DNA from: a virus
Lineage: Duplodnaviria > Caudoviricetes
Reading direction: 5' to 3' (one strand)
DNA: 54,156 nt
IMG/VR virus record: IMGVR_UViG_3300005980_000003
Span: 1-54,156 of that record
Shown here: positions 1 to 7,734 of the stretch, piece by piece
How the letters are laid out: each line of letters opens with the position of its first letter
Position numbering within the stretch: the first letter of the stretch is position 1
Notes under the pieces: generated by a model
What the model saw: only the letters and a program-made list of their open reading frames with translations
The model's database searches: none
Told to the model about the DNA's origin: nothing
Position numbers and translations under genes: made by a program

Positions 1-25
1 TGAGGTAACGATCCAGATCGCTCAT
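1..25 (-). CDS. tnpS: 5' end (8 codons) of host TnpS-like tyrosine recombinase (Tn4651/Tn4652 cointegrate resolution protein S), truncated by window edge
   Basis: Reverse complement ATGAGCGATCTGGATCGTTACCTC = MSDLDRYL, like the recalled N-terminus of Pseudomonas TnpS-family proteins; GC-rich; divergent from a tnpT-like start at the other end. Only 8 aa visible. Confidence 0.65.
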
Positions 26-79
26 GAAGGCCTTTTCGTACTGCTGAGGGGCGTACTCACGGCTAAAACCGCGCTGACA

Positions 80-94
80 CGGGATAATACGCCA
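80..94. repeat. attL core, 15-bp direct repeat CGGGATAATACGCCA
   Basis: Identical to 53988-54002; lies at the change from GC-rich host-like sequence to phage sequence. Confidence 0.88.
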
Positions 95-337
95 CTACCC
101 AATGTCAGGAAGTTGAGTGCTAAGTTGCCCAAGCCCAAATTCTCCGCTTCTATCTAGGTAACTTTGTACACCAAGTGGCACTACGCCAGTACACACATAC
201 AACAGCTCTATCCTGCACATCCCAACACTTCCGTATGAATAACAGTACACTTAAAATCGTTATTTGATACCAACTAACAAGCCTCTAGTATATGCACCAG
301 CGCGCGTACACTTGACACTTGTTTGCACTATAAAAAA

Positions 338-527
338 TGCACTCTTTAATAACATGTGGCCCACACAGGCACCCTACCTCTCCACGAAGTCCGCTCTAGC
401 TATTATTTAGGTTGGTGATAGATTTAGTCGACATACCCATCCACACTCTAAATGCATTGCACCCTTCCAACTTGTTGCAACAGGCCGGTATAAGTTCTTT
501 GAGCTACACATGTTATTAAAGAGTGCA
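338..527. repeat. Perfect 21-bp inverted repeat enclosing 148 nt; putative structured ncRNA
   Basis: TGCACTCTTTAATAACATGTG (338-358) / CACATGTTATTAAAGAGTGCA (507-527) in a non-coding region. Confidence 0.8.
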
Positions 528-904
528 CTAATTACAGGCTATGCCTGCAACCAATGCCCTCCCAATCCGCTCTATCTCTAGAACTATTGCTCTTCAAATT
601 GTTAAAGATCGTTAAACACAAACAAGTGATTGCAGGCAGTGACTCATGCTTCTGCCGTATCGGTTCCACTATGTACACCCTGCAATCTATCTTTGTATTC
701 ACTCGCAGCTAAGAGGTGCATAGTAAACTATGGCTCACAAAGCTTTGTAGCAGGCATCACACAGACGCCTATCTTTGTTGGAAGTCCTATATGCGACTTA
801 TCTGCGCAGGACTTTGTAGCTATTGGGTTGGCCTATTAAAGCTAAATCCTGACCATGATGTGCATCCTTATCCAATTAGGTGCGCCTGGCTCTTGGCCCG
901 CGCT

Positions 905-941
905 TTTAAAGGAAATCCGAGCTAATCCAACTGATGCACAC
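905..941 (-). promoter_or_regulatory. Conserved motif copy 1 (candidate phage RNAP promoter or operator)
   Basis: TTTAAAGGAAATCCGAGCTAATC...GATGCACAC, near-identical to 6936-6971. Confidence 0.5.
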
Positions 942-1159
942 ATTTGGTCGATGCGCATCCTATCTTGTTTTTTGCTTTGTGCAACAAAAGTTCCGAACAA
1001 ATAAAAACTAAACAAATGGACAGTAAGCCAATGTGTCAAGCACGCGCATCTGCGCAATTATCGGCTATTAAAGCCAACACTTTATGGTCACTTCGTCGCA
1101 TTTACTTCCGAAGAATTAAACCAACTTGAACAGTCAAGTAAAGCAGATCGCTAGCGATG

Positions 1160-1168
1160 TGCTATCAT
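1160..1168 (+). promoter_or_regulatory. Extended -10 sigma70 promoter element
   Basis: TGCTATCAT (TGn-TATAAT-like) ~35 nt upstream of the ATG at 1204; AGGTGG RBS near 1190. Confidence 0.5.
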
Positions 1169-1203
1169 GGCCACTGTGCATTCAAGTTTAGGTGGTAATC
1201 AGA

Positions 1204-1470
1204 ATGAAAAAGTTAATCACAGCAATGTTGCTTCTTGTGCCTTTCACAGCATCCGCTGGTGATGTGTGTAAAGGTCTTATCCCCGACATAACTCGCAATT
1301 ACGAAGTGTACGAACTTGAAGTTATGCGCAATGGCAATCCTCAAGTTTCTCAGTCATTAGTGTCTTGCACATATAAGGCTGTCGTACATGAAATGTGGGG
1401 TAACAGGCCGGTGATGCTTGTAGTGTTGTTGAACACTGCTAACAACCGTTTTACTGTCGAGGTGCGTTAA
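1204..1470 (+). CDS. Small exported protein with Sec signal peptide; only credible plus-strand phage gene
   Basis: MKKLITAMLLLVPFTASA-GD signal peptide with AxA site; two Cys; RBS and promoter upstream; convergent with 1467-2024. Confidence 0.75.
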   Translation: MKKLITAMLLLVPFTASAGDVCKGLIPDITRNYEVYELEVMRNGNPQVSQSLVSCTYKAVVHEMWGNRPVMLVVLLNTANNRFTVEVR

Positions 1471-2024
1471 CGAATCCAATCTGTAGGTACTGGAGTCAAG
1501 GATGAAAACGCTTTATCCAATTCATCCTTGAAGTACTTTTTACCTTCGTACAAGAATGTCTCTCGTGGTGGTGCAACCATTCGACAGTTAACTACCACTT
1601 GAATCACTTCTTGTCGGAATACAAATGTCAACTCTCGCAAACCTGATGCATGAAAAGCTCGTTCACACGTACAGAAGTTAAGTACGCCCGCCTTAGTAAC
1701 AAAAATAGCTTCTGCCGCACCCATTACCCTAGTCCTTGTGGAGCTGTTGTACCAACTAAACCCAAGGTTAAACAAATGGTCTTGAATTGCTTTTGACTGC
1801 GCAGCGTCACCCACAAAGAACTTAGTTCCTAAGAACGTGTCGCTGTTGTTTACTGGTGTTGTTGGTATAGTTACCCCACCCACCCTGCTTTGGCTAGACA
1901 TGCCGTACTGCTCAGCTATTCGATCTAACTCCTTCCCTGTTGCTATGGTTATCTCACCAAACCCTTCTGCTGGAATTCCTACATCCATCTTTCGGCGGCG
2001 TTTTGACAGCTCTCCGCTAATCAA
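1467..2024 (-). CDS. Hypothetical early protein
   Basis: 185-aa ORF overlapping its neighbours in a coupled minus-strand operon. Confidence 0.7.
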   Translation of the reverse strand: MISGELSKRRRKMDVGIPAEGFGEITIATGKELDRIAEQYGMSSQSRVGGVTIPTTPVNNSDTFLGTKFFVGDAAQSKAIQDHLFNLGFSWYNSSTRTRVMGAAEAIFVTKAGVLNFCTCERAFHASGLRELTFVFRQEVIQVVVNCRMVAPPRETFLYEGKKYFKDELDKAFSSLTPVPTDWIR

Positions 2025-2281
2025 TTGTAAATCCCCATAAACTCCCGAGCTTCAACAGTTTTATGAGTAATCTTACGTGGATGTTGATTGGCACGGCGTA
2101 CCTGCTCACGAGTCAGCTTATCGTCGGAGTGGGCAATTGCAGTACTAACCAACATCTGCGCATGGTTGTAGTTCAACCGCTCTTTCAACTTCTTAACCTT
2201 CTTTTCAACTTTATGCAGGTTCGGAATTACATCGCACTCTTGAATGTTGTTCAGGAGTTGGGTGTTGATTGCTACAGTCAT
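2021..2281 (-). CDS. Hypothetical early protein
   Basis: 86-aa ORF with 4-nt overlaps to neighbours. Confidence 0.7.
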   Translation of the reverse strand: MTVAINTQLLNNIQECDVIPNLHKVEKKVKKLKERLNYNHAQMLVSTAIAHSDDKLTREQVRRANQHPRKITHKTVEAREFMGIYN

Positions 2282-2607
2282 TCATTACTCACTTTTAATT
2301 TCAAATAGGTAGGAAACTTACAAACTGACCAATTGACGGTCTTTTTCGGGTTCTGCCATTCCGTATCTCGAATAACAATCCCTTTGAACAACAAAGTGCA
2401 AATACCATGCACCTTCAAATCTGCAATCACACGCTCAATAAGAAGTGGGAGCATGTTGCAATATTCCAACCAAGCACGAAGCTCTGGTTCTGTATCGAAT
2501 TCATCTACGAAGTTTTCAGCGGTCACTTCATAACGACCTTTCATCTTGCAAGCATGTGCCACACTAACCAATTGATTAGGTGGCACCCTTGTGACTTCAA
2601 TGTGCAT
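2278..2607 (-). CDS. Hypothetical early protein
   Basis: 109-aa ORF, translationally coupled. Confidence 0.7.
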   Translation of the reverse strand: MHIEVTRVPPNQLVSVAHACKMKGRYEVTAENFVDEFDTEPELRAWLEYCNMLPLLIERVIADLKVHGICTLLFKGIVIRDTEWQNPKKTVNWSVCKFPTYLKLKVSNE

Positions 2608-2705
2608 TACTTAAACACCTTCACCAACACTGTGGTGGCAAGGGTTGCGAATGTAAGCCAAGTAATGCACTTGGCAACTGGATGTTCCCAAGGTTGCTTT
2701 CTCAT
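2607..2705 (-). CDS. 32-aa single-pass membrane peptide (not in ORF track)
   Basis: MRKQPWEHPVAKCITWLTFATLATTVLVKVFK; TAATG overlaps at both ends. Confidence 0.55.
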   Translation of the reverse strand: MRKQPWEHPVAKCITWLTFATLATTVLVKVFK

Positions 2706-2824
2706 TAGTGCGTTACCCACACTTTGATTGCTGCCAATGCAACGGCTGTAACAGGCAGCAACAACACAGTGACAATGCTGGCCTTGATGAATTTTTCAAG
2801 GTCGAAGTATTTATATCTGTTCAT
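2705..2824 (-). CDS. 39-aa single-pass membrane peptide (not in ORF track)
   Basis: MNRYKYFDLEKFIKASIVTVLLLPVTAVALAAIKVWVTH; GAGG RBS upstream; TAATG overlap with next gene. Confidence 0.55.
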   Translation of the reverse strand: MNRYKYFDLEKFIKASIVTVLLLPVTAVALAAIKVWVTH

Positions 2825-2944
2825 ATCAACCTCTACATTTCTTGAGCCAGATTTTCTCTGCTTTGCTCAAGCGACGTGATTGGATTACATCTTGTTTAGC
2901 AAGTGGGATAACCAAATGCCATGAGCCGCCCCAACGTCTAAGAA

Positions 2945-3217
2945 TCATTTTCCAATCCTGTGGAACCAAAGTTCCGATGAGTTGAACAACATCAACCAAT
3001 GCTCATACAGAGAAGTATTGGTTCTAATTGCCACAATCAGCAGGACGCCAATCAGCAAGTAAATGAAGATACTCGCCACAATATCCTGCACCAATACTTC
3101 TCGGTACGAGAGTTCATCAAGAGAGCTTTGATCAACTGAGTAATGAAAATCCCAGTCAATCATCTTTTGGTGAATCAGGTATGCAACAAGAAGGAGTAAC
3201 AGACTAGATAAGATCAT
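2945..3217 (-). CDS. Hypothetical membrane protein
   Basis: Two hydrophobic segments; coupled to 3214-3441. Confidence 0.65.
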   Translation of the reverse strand: MILSSLLLLLVAYLIHQKMIDWDFHYSVDQSSLDELSYREVLVQDIVASIFIYLLIGVLLIVAIRTNTSLYEHWLMLFNSSELWFHRIGK

Positions 3218-3441
3218 TCTATGTGCCCTGCCCGTCGCATGATGGTGTTTGCAACCTCAGCATTTACATAGCGATGCTTAATGCAACGGCCATTGTCTTT
3301 AACGTAAACCTCTGCTGCATGCTGCATGTAAAATCTGTGGTCTGATTGAGGGTTTTCAAGTATTACATTCAACACTTCCTCTGTGTTGAAGTAGTATTTG
3401 TACCCTTCATTTTCAATCAAGAAGTCTTTATATAAGATCAT
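3214..3441 (-). CDS. Hypothetical protein
   Basis: 75-aa ORF in early operon. Confidence 0.65.
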   Translation of the reverse strand: MILYKDFLIENEGYKYYFNTEEVLNVILENPQSDHRFYMQHAAEVYVKDNGRCIKHRYVNAEVANTIMRRAGHIE

Positions 3442-3616
3442 AAAGTGAACTCACTTTCTTACTGATCCAATTACCCTTTGAAATCTCAATGAGTACATAA
3501 CGATCAGGAGGATTGATTGCATCACGCGCTGCCTTACGTTGTTTGGCAAGATTGCGAGTAATACTCCGAGAGGTGAAACCATCTTTGTCTAAACTCATTT
3601 TGCAAGCCTCACCCAT
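3428..3616 (-). CDS. Hypothetical protein
   Basis: Short ORF in early operon (start may be MSLDK). Confidence 0.5.
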   Translation of the reverse strand: MGEACKMSLDKDGFTSRSITRNLAKQRKAARDAINPPDRYVLIEISKGNWISKKVSSLYDLI

Positions 3617-3807
3617 TGGTTGTTCTTGAAGTCTACGTAGCCGTCATAGATGAAACTACGCAGCCTGTAGACAACACCGGCACCTGGGCAATGAGTTGGT
3701 AACTCCCCTTCACTGCAATGACAAACACTACAAGTGTATAGGTTGCAGATTGGGCAATGGTTGCCGTCGCATTTACTATCAATGCATACAAGCTTTACAT
3801 GCTTCAT
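3595..3807 (-). CDS. Small Cys-rich, putative Zn-binding protein
   Basis: CPIC and CSVC motifs plus EGELPTHCPG. Confidence 0.65.
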   Translation of the reverse strand: MKHVKLVCIDSKCDGNHCPICNLYTCSVCHCSEGELPTHCPGAGVVYRLRSFIYDGYVDFKNNQWVRLAK

Positions 3808-3873
3808 ACCAACACCTTCCAGATGGAATAACTGATAACAGTGGTTGTAACAATCAACGACACAAGGAAGTCT

Positions 3874-4152
3874 TTAAAAGATAACTTCCATATCGCTATG
3901 CACGACCACAGGAGGGATACGGACAGGACTACTACCACGGACATATTTATCACCAATTTTGTTTACAAGACTTTTGGCAAAACCGTAGCTCGCGTGTTTA
4001 GAGCTATTTAGGATTTCGTCTTCCATCCACTTCTGCGAAGACTGAGATTTAAATAGCCACACATCTTCCTCTTGCTTAAGGAAGTAGGTGTTTCCTGACA
4101 ACAGTTGAAAATGAGTTGCACCTTTCGGATGCACAGTAATGCTTTTAATCAT
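3874..4152 (-). CDS. Hypothetical protein (PxGATH-type small phage protein)
   Basis: N-terminal HPKGATHF; 92 aa. Confidence 0.65.
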   Translation of the reverse strand: MIKSITVHPKGATHFQLLSGNTYFLKQEEDVWLFKSQSSQKWMEDEILNSSKHASYGFAKSLVNKIGDKYVRGSSPVRIPPVVVHSDMEVIF

Positions 4153-4213
4153 TTGTTTCGCCCACAGTTATTCCGACCACTATTGGCCAGAGTGTTGTTT
4201 AAGAGTTTCCAGC

Positions 4214-4255
4214 TATATGCACAGGCGGTCAGAGTGCCTCATTCCTGTGCATATA
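4214..4255. repeat. Perfect 12-bp hairpin in intergenic region (candidate RNA processing site)
   Basis: TATATGCACAGG / CCTGTGCATATA. Confidence 0.55.
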
Positions 4256-4870
4256 ACTAAAGCTCTATCTCATTGTATCTCTAGGTGTGAAATTCTTGTC
4301 GGGACATTAGAATTGTAGGGATTCCGTTTGCCCCGTCATTTCAATCGTTCTTCATCTTCGGTGGTACACTGCAACCAACATTCATAACGTCTAGCGATAT
4401 AATCGCAAAATGTACTCCGCCCTACGGAGCATTCAGTCATGAATACCAGTTGAATTAACAATAACGTCATTGTCATTGTTTCCTTCTAGTCTCATTAATT
4501 AGTCGTCTTCTCAAACCCTACACGGGCAATGTTTAACTACGGGCCGTCACGAATCTTAGTCATCTTTGACCTTACTGTAATGTTGTGGGGGCATGTGTTG
4601 CGATACAGGTTCCCGATACGCCTGCATCAAGCCGGCATTGGACCAATAGTGTCCACAATTGCTCACAATCAAATGAGCAATAATTGAGACTATTCAGCTT
4701 CGATTTGTTCCACCGAAATTAGAATACCAACCTGCAAATCCACTGCCTGTTGGTAGAGATACTTTGGTGCGTTTTTATTTTCGCAACCAATGTGGCAATC
4801 TCACATTTGGTGTGGATCAGTTGCAACATTTGTTCAATAATGTCTCGCAGTGAAATCTTATCAATCATCT

Positions 4871-5041
4871 TCATTGCCCAGTACCCAAGCAGATAATTTC
4901 ATGGTCGAATTCAAGGTCTGTAGCTTCTTCAATTACTTCTGACAATTGAATGGCTACATCCTTGGTTTCACAGAAGACACTGATCCATTGTGCAGGCCAT
5001 CCAATGCCAGCACCTTTGAACTTAATTAGCCAATTACACAT
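4871..5041 (-). CDS. Hypothetical protein (likely start MCNWL)
   Basis: Part of ORF 4871-5110; the internal start removes most overlap with the upstream gene. Confidence 0.5.
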   Translation of the reverse strand: MCNWLIKFKGAGIGWPAQWISVFCETKDVAIQLSEVIEEATDLEFDHEIICLGTGQ

Positions 5042-5318
5042 GTTGTTTAGCCCACGCTTCCAATTCAGCATTATTTTCGAAGTAGCGAATACCCATTGTA
5101 GATTTGGCATCCTTTACCACAACTTTGTAAGTACCAGTGCTACGCATGAAATGTGCGTCACTGAACCAATCTTGCATAGAGGCCCACTGGACGTCCATGT
5201 AGTAAATGTTTGGTTTAGCTAACGTACAATCACAAGGGATGAGTATTGCCTCGCCCCAAGGTTGCACACCACCACTATCAGCCATCCCAGTATTCTTACA
5301 CCTTTGGCATTTATTCAC
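5034..5318 (-). CDS. Hypothetical protein with N-terminal Zn-finger-like motif
   Basis: CQRCKNTGMADSGGVQPWGEAILIPCDC. Confidence 0.7.
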   Translation of the reverse strand: MNKCQRCKNTGMADSGGVQPWGEAILIPCDCTLAKPNIYYMDVQWASMQDWFSDAHFMRSTGTYKVVVKDAKSTMGIRYFENNAELEAWAKQHV

Positions 5319-5496
5319 GATCTTTAGCCCACCGTGTAAGTTCTTTGATATTCAGGAAAGGCCAAGGGTGAATCTTTTCACCCTCATTACACCAGATGAG
5401 TATGTTGCCACTGGCGTTGGTTTCCCAGGATCTGAACCAAGCGAATTGCTTGAAGTGCCTAACCGTTGCCATTGTGATGTCAGCTTTGGGTATCAT
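5311..5496 (-). CDS. Hypothetical protein
   Basis: 61-aa coupled ORF. Confidence 0.55.
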   Translation of the reverse strand: MIPKADITMATVRHFKQFAWFRSWETNASGNILIWCNEGEKIHPWPFLNIKELTRWAKDRE

Positions 5497-5913
5497 CGCT
5501 GAAACCTCACAGGAGTGAATGGAGACGCCTTACAAGTGTAAGTGCCAGGTGGAGTGTTTGGTGGCAAGTCAGGCTCCAGTGAAATAACTTGCTGTGTCGC
5601 AATGTGGCTTGGACGCCAGCAAGTGTTGAAACCTTTACCTGTGTAGCAGAGGACTTGTGTCATGGCTTCACCAATGTTAGTCGAGTATTTAGGCTGGTGC
5701 TGTGAACGCCGGATCTGAACCAACCATCTACATCCCAAAAATGCCAGGTTCCATTAATCTTCTTATACCATTTAGGATAGGTAGGGAACTGCATGAAATG
5801 GGTTGCACCTTCTGGAGTAACTTGTGTCATACATCACCTATCTTAAAGAATAACTACAATAGAACAGCCTCTTTCAAAGCTGCTCTCAATAGTTACTACA
5901 TATCTAATTGTTA

Positions 5914-6105
5914 TCAAGGTTGAATCCATTGTGTAAATGTATGGTCAGCCAATGCCTGTGAGGCATCAAAGCTGGAGCGATAAAACTCGGCAGATTCTCT
6001 GGAATTCGTAGTGCCAATGTAGTAACCAACACCACCAGACATAACTTGTAGTTCAAGATTCACGTAGTTCTGTTGTTTCGCTAACAAATCAAACATGTAC
6101 GTCAC
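5914..6105 (-). CDS. Hypothetical early protein
   Basis: GYYIGT...SRESAEFY motif; 63 aa. Confidence 0.6.
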   Translation of the reverse strand: MTYMFDLLAKQQNYVNLELQVMSGGVGYYIGTTNSRESAEFYRSSFDASQALADHTFTQWIQP

Positions 6106-6171
6106 CCTTGTGACAGATTAGTTAATGACATGGGCACCGAGACTGATGCCCACATTGTTTAAACACTACGA

Positions 6172-6465
6172 CTATTTCACGTAGTGAATAACTTCTTCTG
6201 GTGTCAGCTCAGTGAATGCGAGCGACATGAAGGCTTCTGGAGTACCAGTTTTCTTGGTCCAGCTTGCAATCCAATAGTGACGGCCAGCAATCTCGCAACG
6301 GCCTTTGGCGTTCGGGTGTTTATCACTGGTACGCTTGCTGTTACGGAACAGAGAGCCAGTCATGTTGTTGTCGAACTTTTGAGGTTCTTCTTGAAACAGC
6401 ATGTCTTCTGCTGGCAGTTCTGGAGCGTTGTCTTTTACATCGGTGTTGGTGTTTGCAGTAGTCAT
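6172..6465 (-). CDS. DUF736-like putative ssDNA-binding protein
   Basis: GSLFRN..SDKHPNAKG.CEIAG..YWIASW pattern; phage-like codon use. Confidence 0.65.
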   Translation of the reverse strand: MTTANTNTDVKDNAPELPAEDMLFQEEPQKFDNNMTGSLFRNSKRTSDKHPNAKGRCEIAGRHYWIASWTKKTGTPEAFMSLAFTELTPEEVIHYVK

Positions 6466-6513
6466 TTTTGATTCTCACTTTAAGTTAACAAGGCGCTAGA
6501 TGCGCCTCATTGA

Positions 6514-6855
6514 TTAATTAGCATTCTTGCTAATATGGGTTTGATAAGCTTTGTTCAAACACTCAGCAAGCGTGTCAGCATGACAACGCCGAGGTTTGCA
6601 GAAACATTGCAGATTCAATTTCTCACCAGCAACCATACGCTTGAACAAAACAACAAGTTCTTTACGCACAGGACTATCTTTGATTTCTTTCTGTTTGTTG
6701 AAGTACTCAATGAACTTCTCACAAACTTCATCACGCATGGATTCACCCTGCATTGGAAATGGATTACCCAAAGGGCTACCACGACCAACATAGACAGATG
6801 AATAACCAACCTTTGCCTTCTTATTCACACCTGCTACTGCTTGCATGAGTTTCAC
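6514..6855 (-). CDS. DUF4326 domain protein
   Basis: VYVGRGSPLGNPF and LQCFCKPRRCHADTL signatures. Confidence 0.85.
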   Translation of the reverse strand: MKLMQAVAGVNKKAKVGYSSVYVGRGSPLGNPFPMQGESMRDEVCEKFIEYFNKQKEIKDSPVRKELVVLFKRMVAGEKLNLQCFCKPRRCHADTLAECLNKAYQTHISKNAN

Positions 6856-6935
6856 CTAAACATGATATTTAATGGGACATTCAATCTGTTAATGCTTGAT
6901 TGCACGTCATGTAATTCAATGCTTTTAGCTGTTGC

Positions 6936-6971
6936 TTCAAAGCAAATCCGAGCTAATCTTTTGGATGTACA
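6936..6971 (-). promoter_or_regulatory. Conserved motif copy 2 (candidate phage promoter or operator)
   Basis: TTCAAAGCAAATCCGAGCTAATC...GATGTACAC, upstream of the early operon. Confidence 0.5.
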
Positions 6972-7109
6972 CCACTTTTAAGAGCAAAACAGATGTAAAG
7001 AAATCTGTTTAAACATTGTTACAAACAACAATAAATCACAAACTCTTTACTCAACAAAGATTAATGAGTTAGGAAAAACCTACTAGATAAACAGATATAA
7101 CTCATAGAT

Positions 7110-7725
7110 TAGTAGCAGCGAGCGAAGCTCAAAGCCCTGTAAACATTGGGCCGAAGGCAAATATTGATACCGGAAGATTACAGATTAATGATTCAAGGTT
7201 TGATTCAATACACGATTCAAGGATTAAACAACAACGAATCGAAGATTCAATATTAAGAAGAATAGGAAGCGCTGGTCACAAGTAAAGATATAATATTAAA
7301 ACGAACGAAGTGAAAGGGTCCGTCACCTACTCCGCTCTTTGAAATGCTTTAACAGTTATTAATTCAATCTTGTGATGATAATTGTAACCACGTCCTCAAT
7401 GTTGAATCTCCGATTCCATTTGCTAGAACCTCTTAACAACCTGGATTCAAACATCTTGAGTTTAATGTTGCGACTACTTGTTGCACCTTGATTCGATAAT
7501 TTGATTCAAGAGCAATCTGTTTGTGATAGTTAAGTGATGAAGTGTATTGGATAGTAGTCCTGACGTGTTTACACCTTCGAGCTAATCTTGGATCTGTATT
7601 GCTCTTATGGGCAGTAATATCTCTGGTGTCTTGTTCCTATCGTGTGACTCACAGAGTTGTGGCTGCTACTGAACCTATAACATCAGGTTGTGTCTCTATT
7701 CATATTGATTCCTCAATTGATTCAA
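7110..7725. repeat. AT-rich region with GATTCAA repeats; candidate replication origin
   Basis: GATTCAA at 7190, 7202, 7214, 7244, 7444, 7503, 7719, inverted at 7402; CGAGCGAAGC (7119) and CGAACGAAGT (7302). Confidence 0.45.
7578..7587 (-). promoter_or_regulatory. Conserved motif copy 3 (core CGAGCTAATC)
   Basis: Same core, downstream of the RNAP1 gene. Confidence 0.4.
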
Positions 7726-7734
7726 GATCTTCTA

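Noticed and set aside
80-94. att core as a dif (XerCD) site or tRNA 3' end
   Set aside because: Does not match the dif consensus (no TTATGTTAAAT XerD arm) and there is no host tRNA at the junctions.
312-334. TTGACA...TATAAA sigma70-like promoter (similar at 36361 on minus strand)
   Set aside because: Spacer of only 11-12 nt, incompatible with sigma70.
630-1129. Short ORFs 630-839, 716-925, 842-1057, 944-1129
   Set aside because: Mutually overlapping, non-ATG or weak starts, no RBS; region reads better as non-coding.
7190-7725. CRISPR array
   Set aside because: Repeats are only 7 bp and irregularly spaced; no cas genes.
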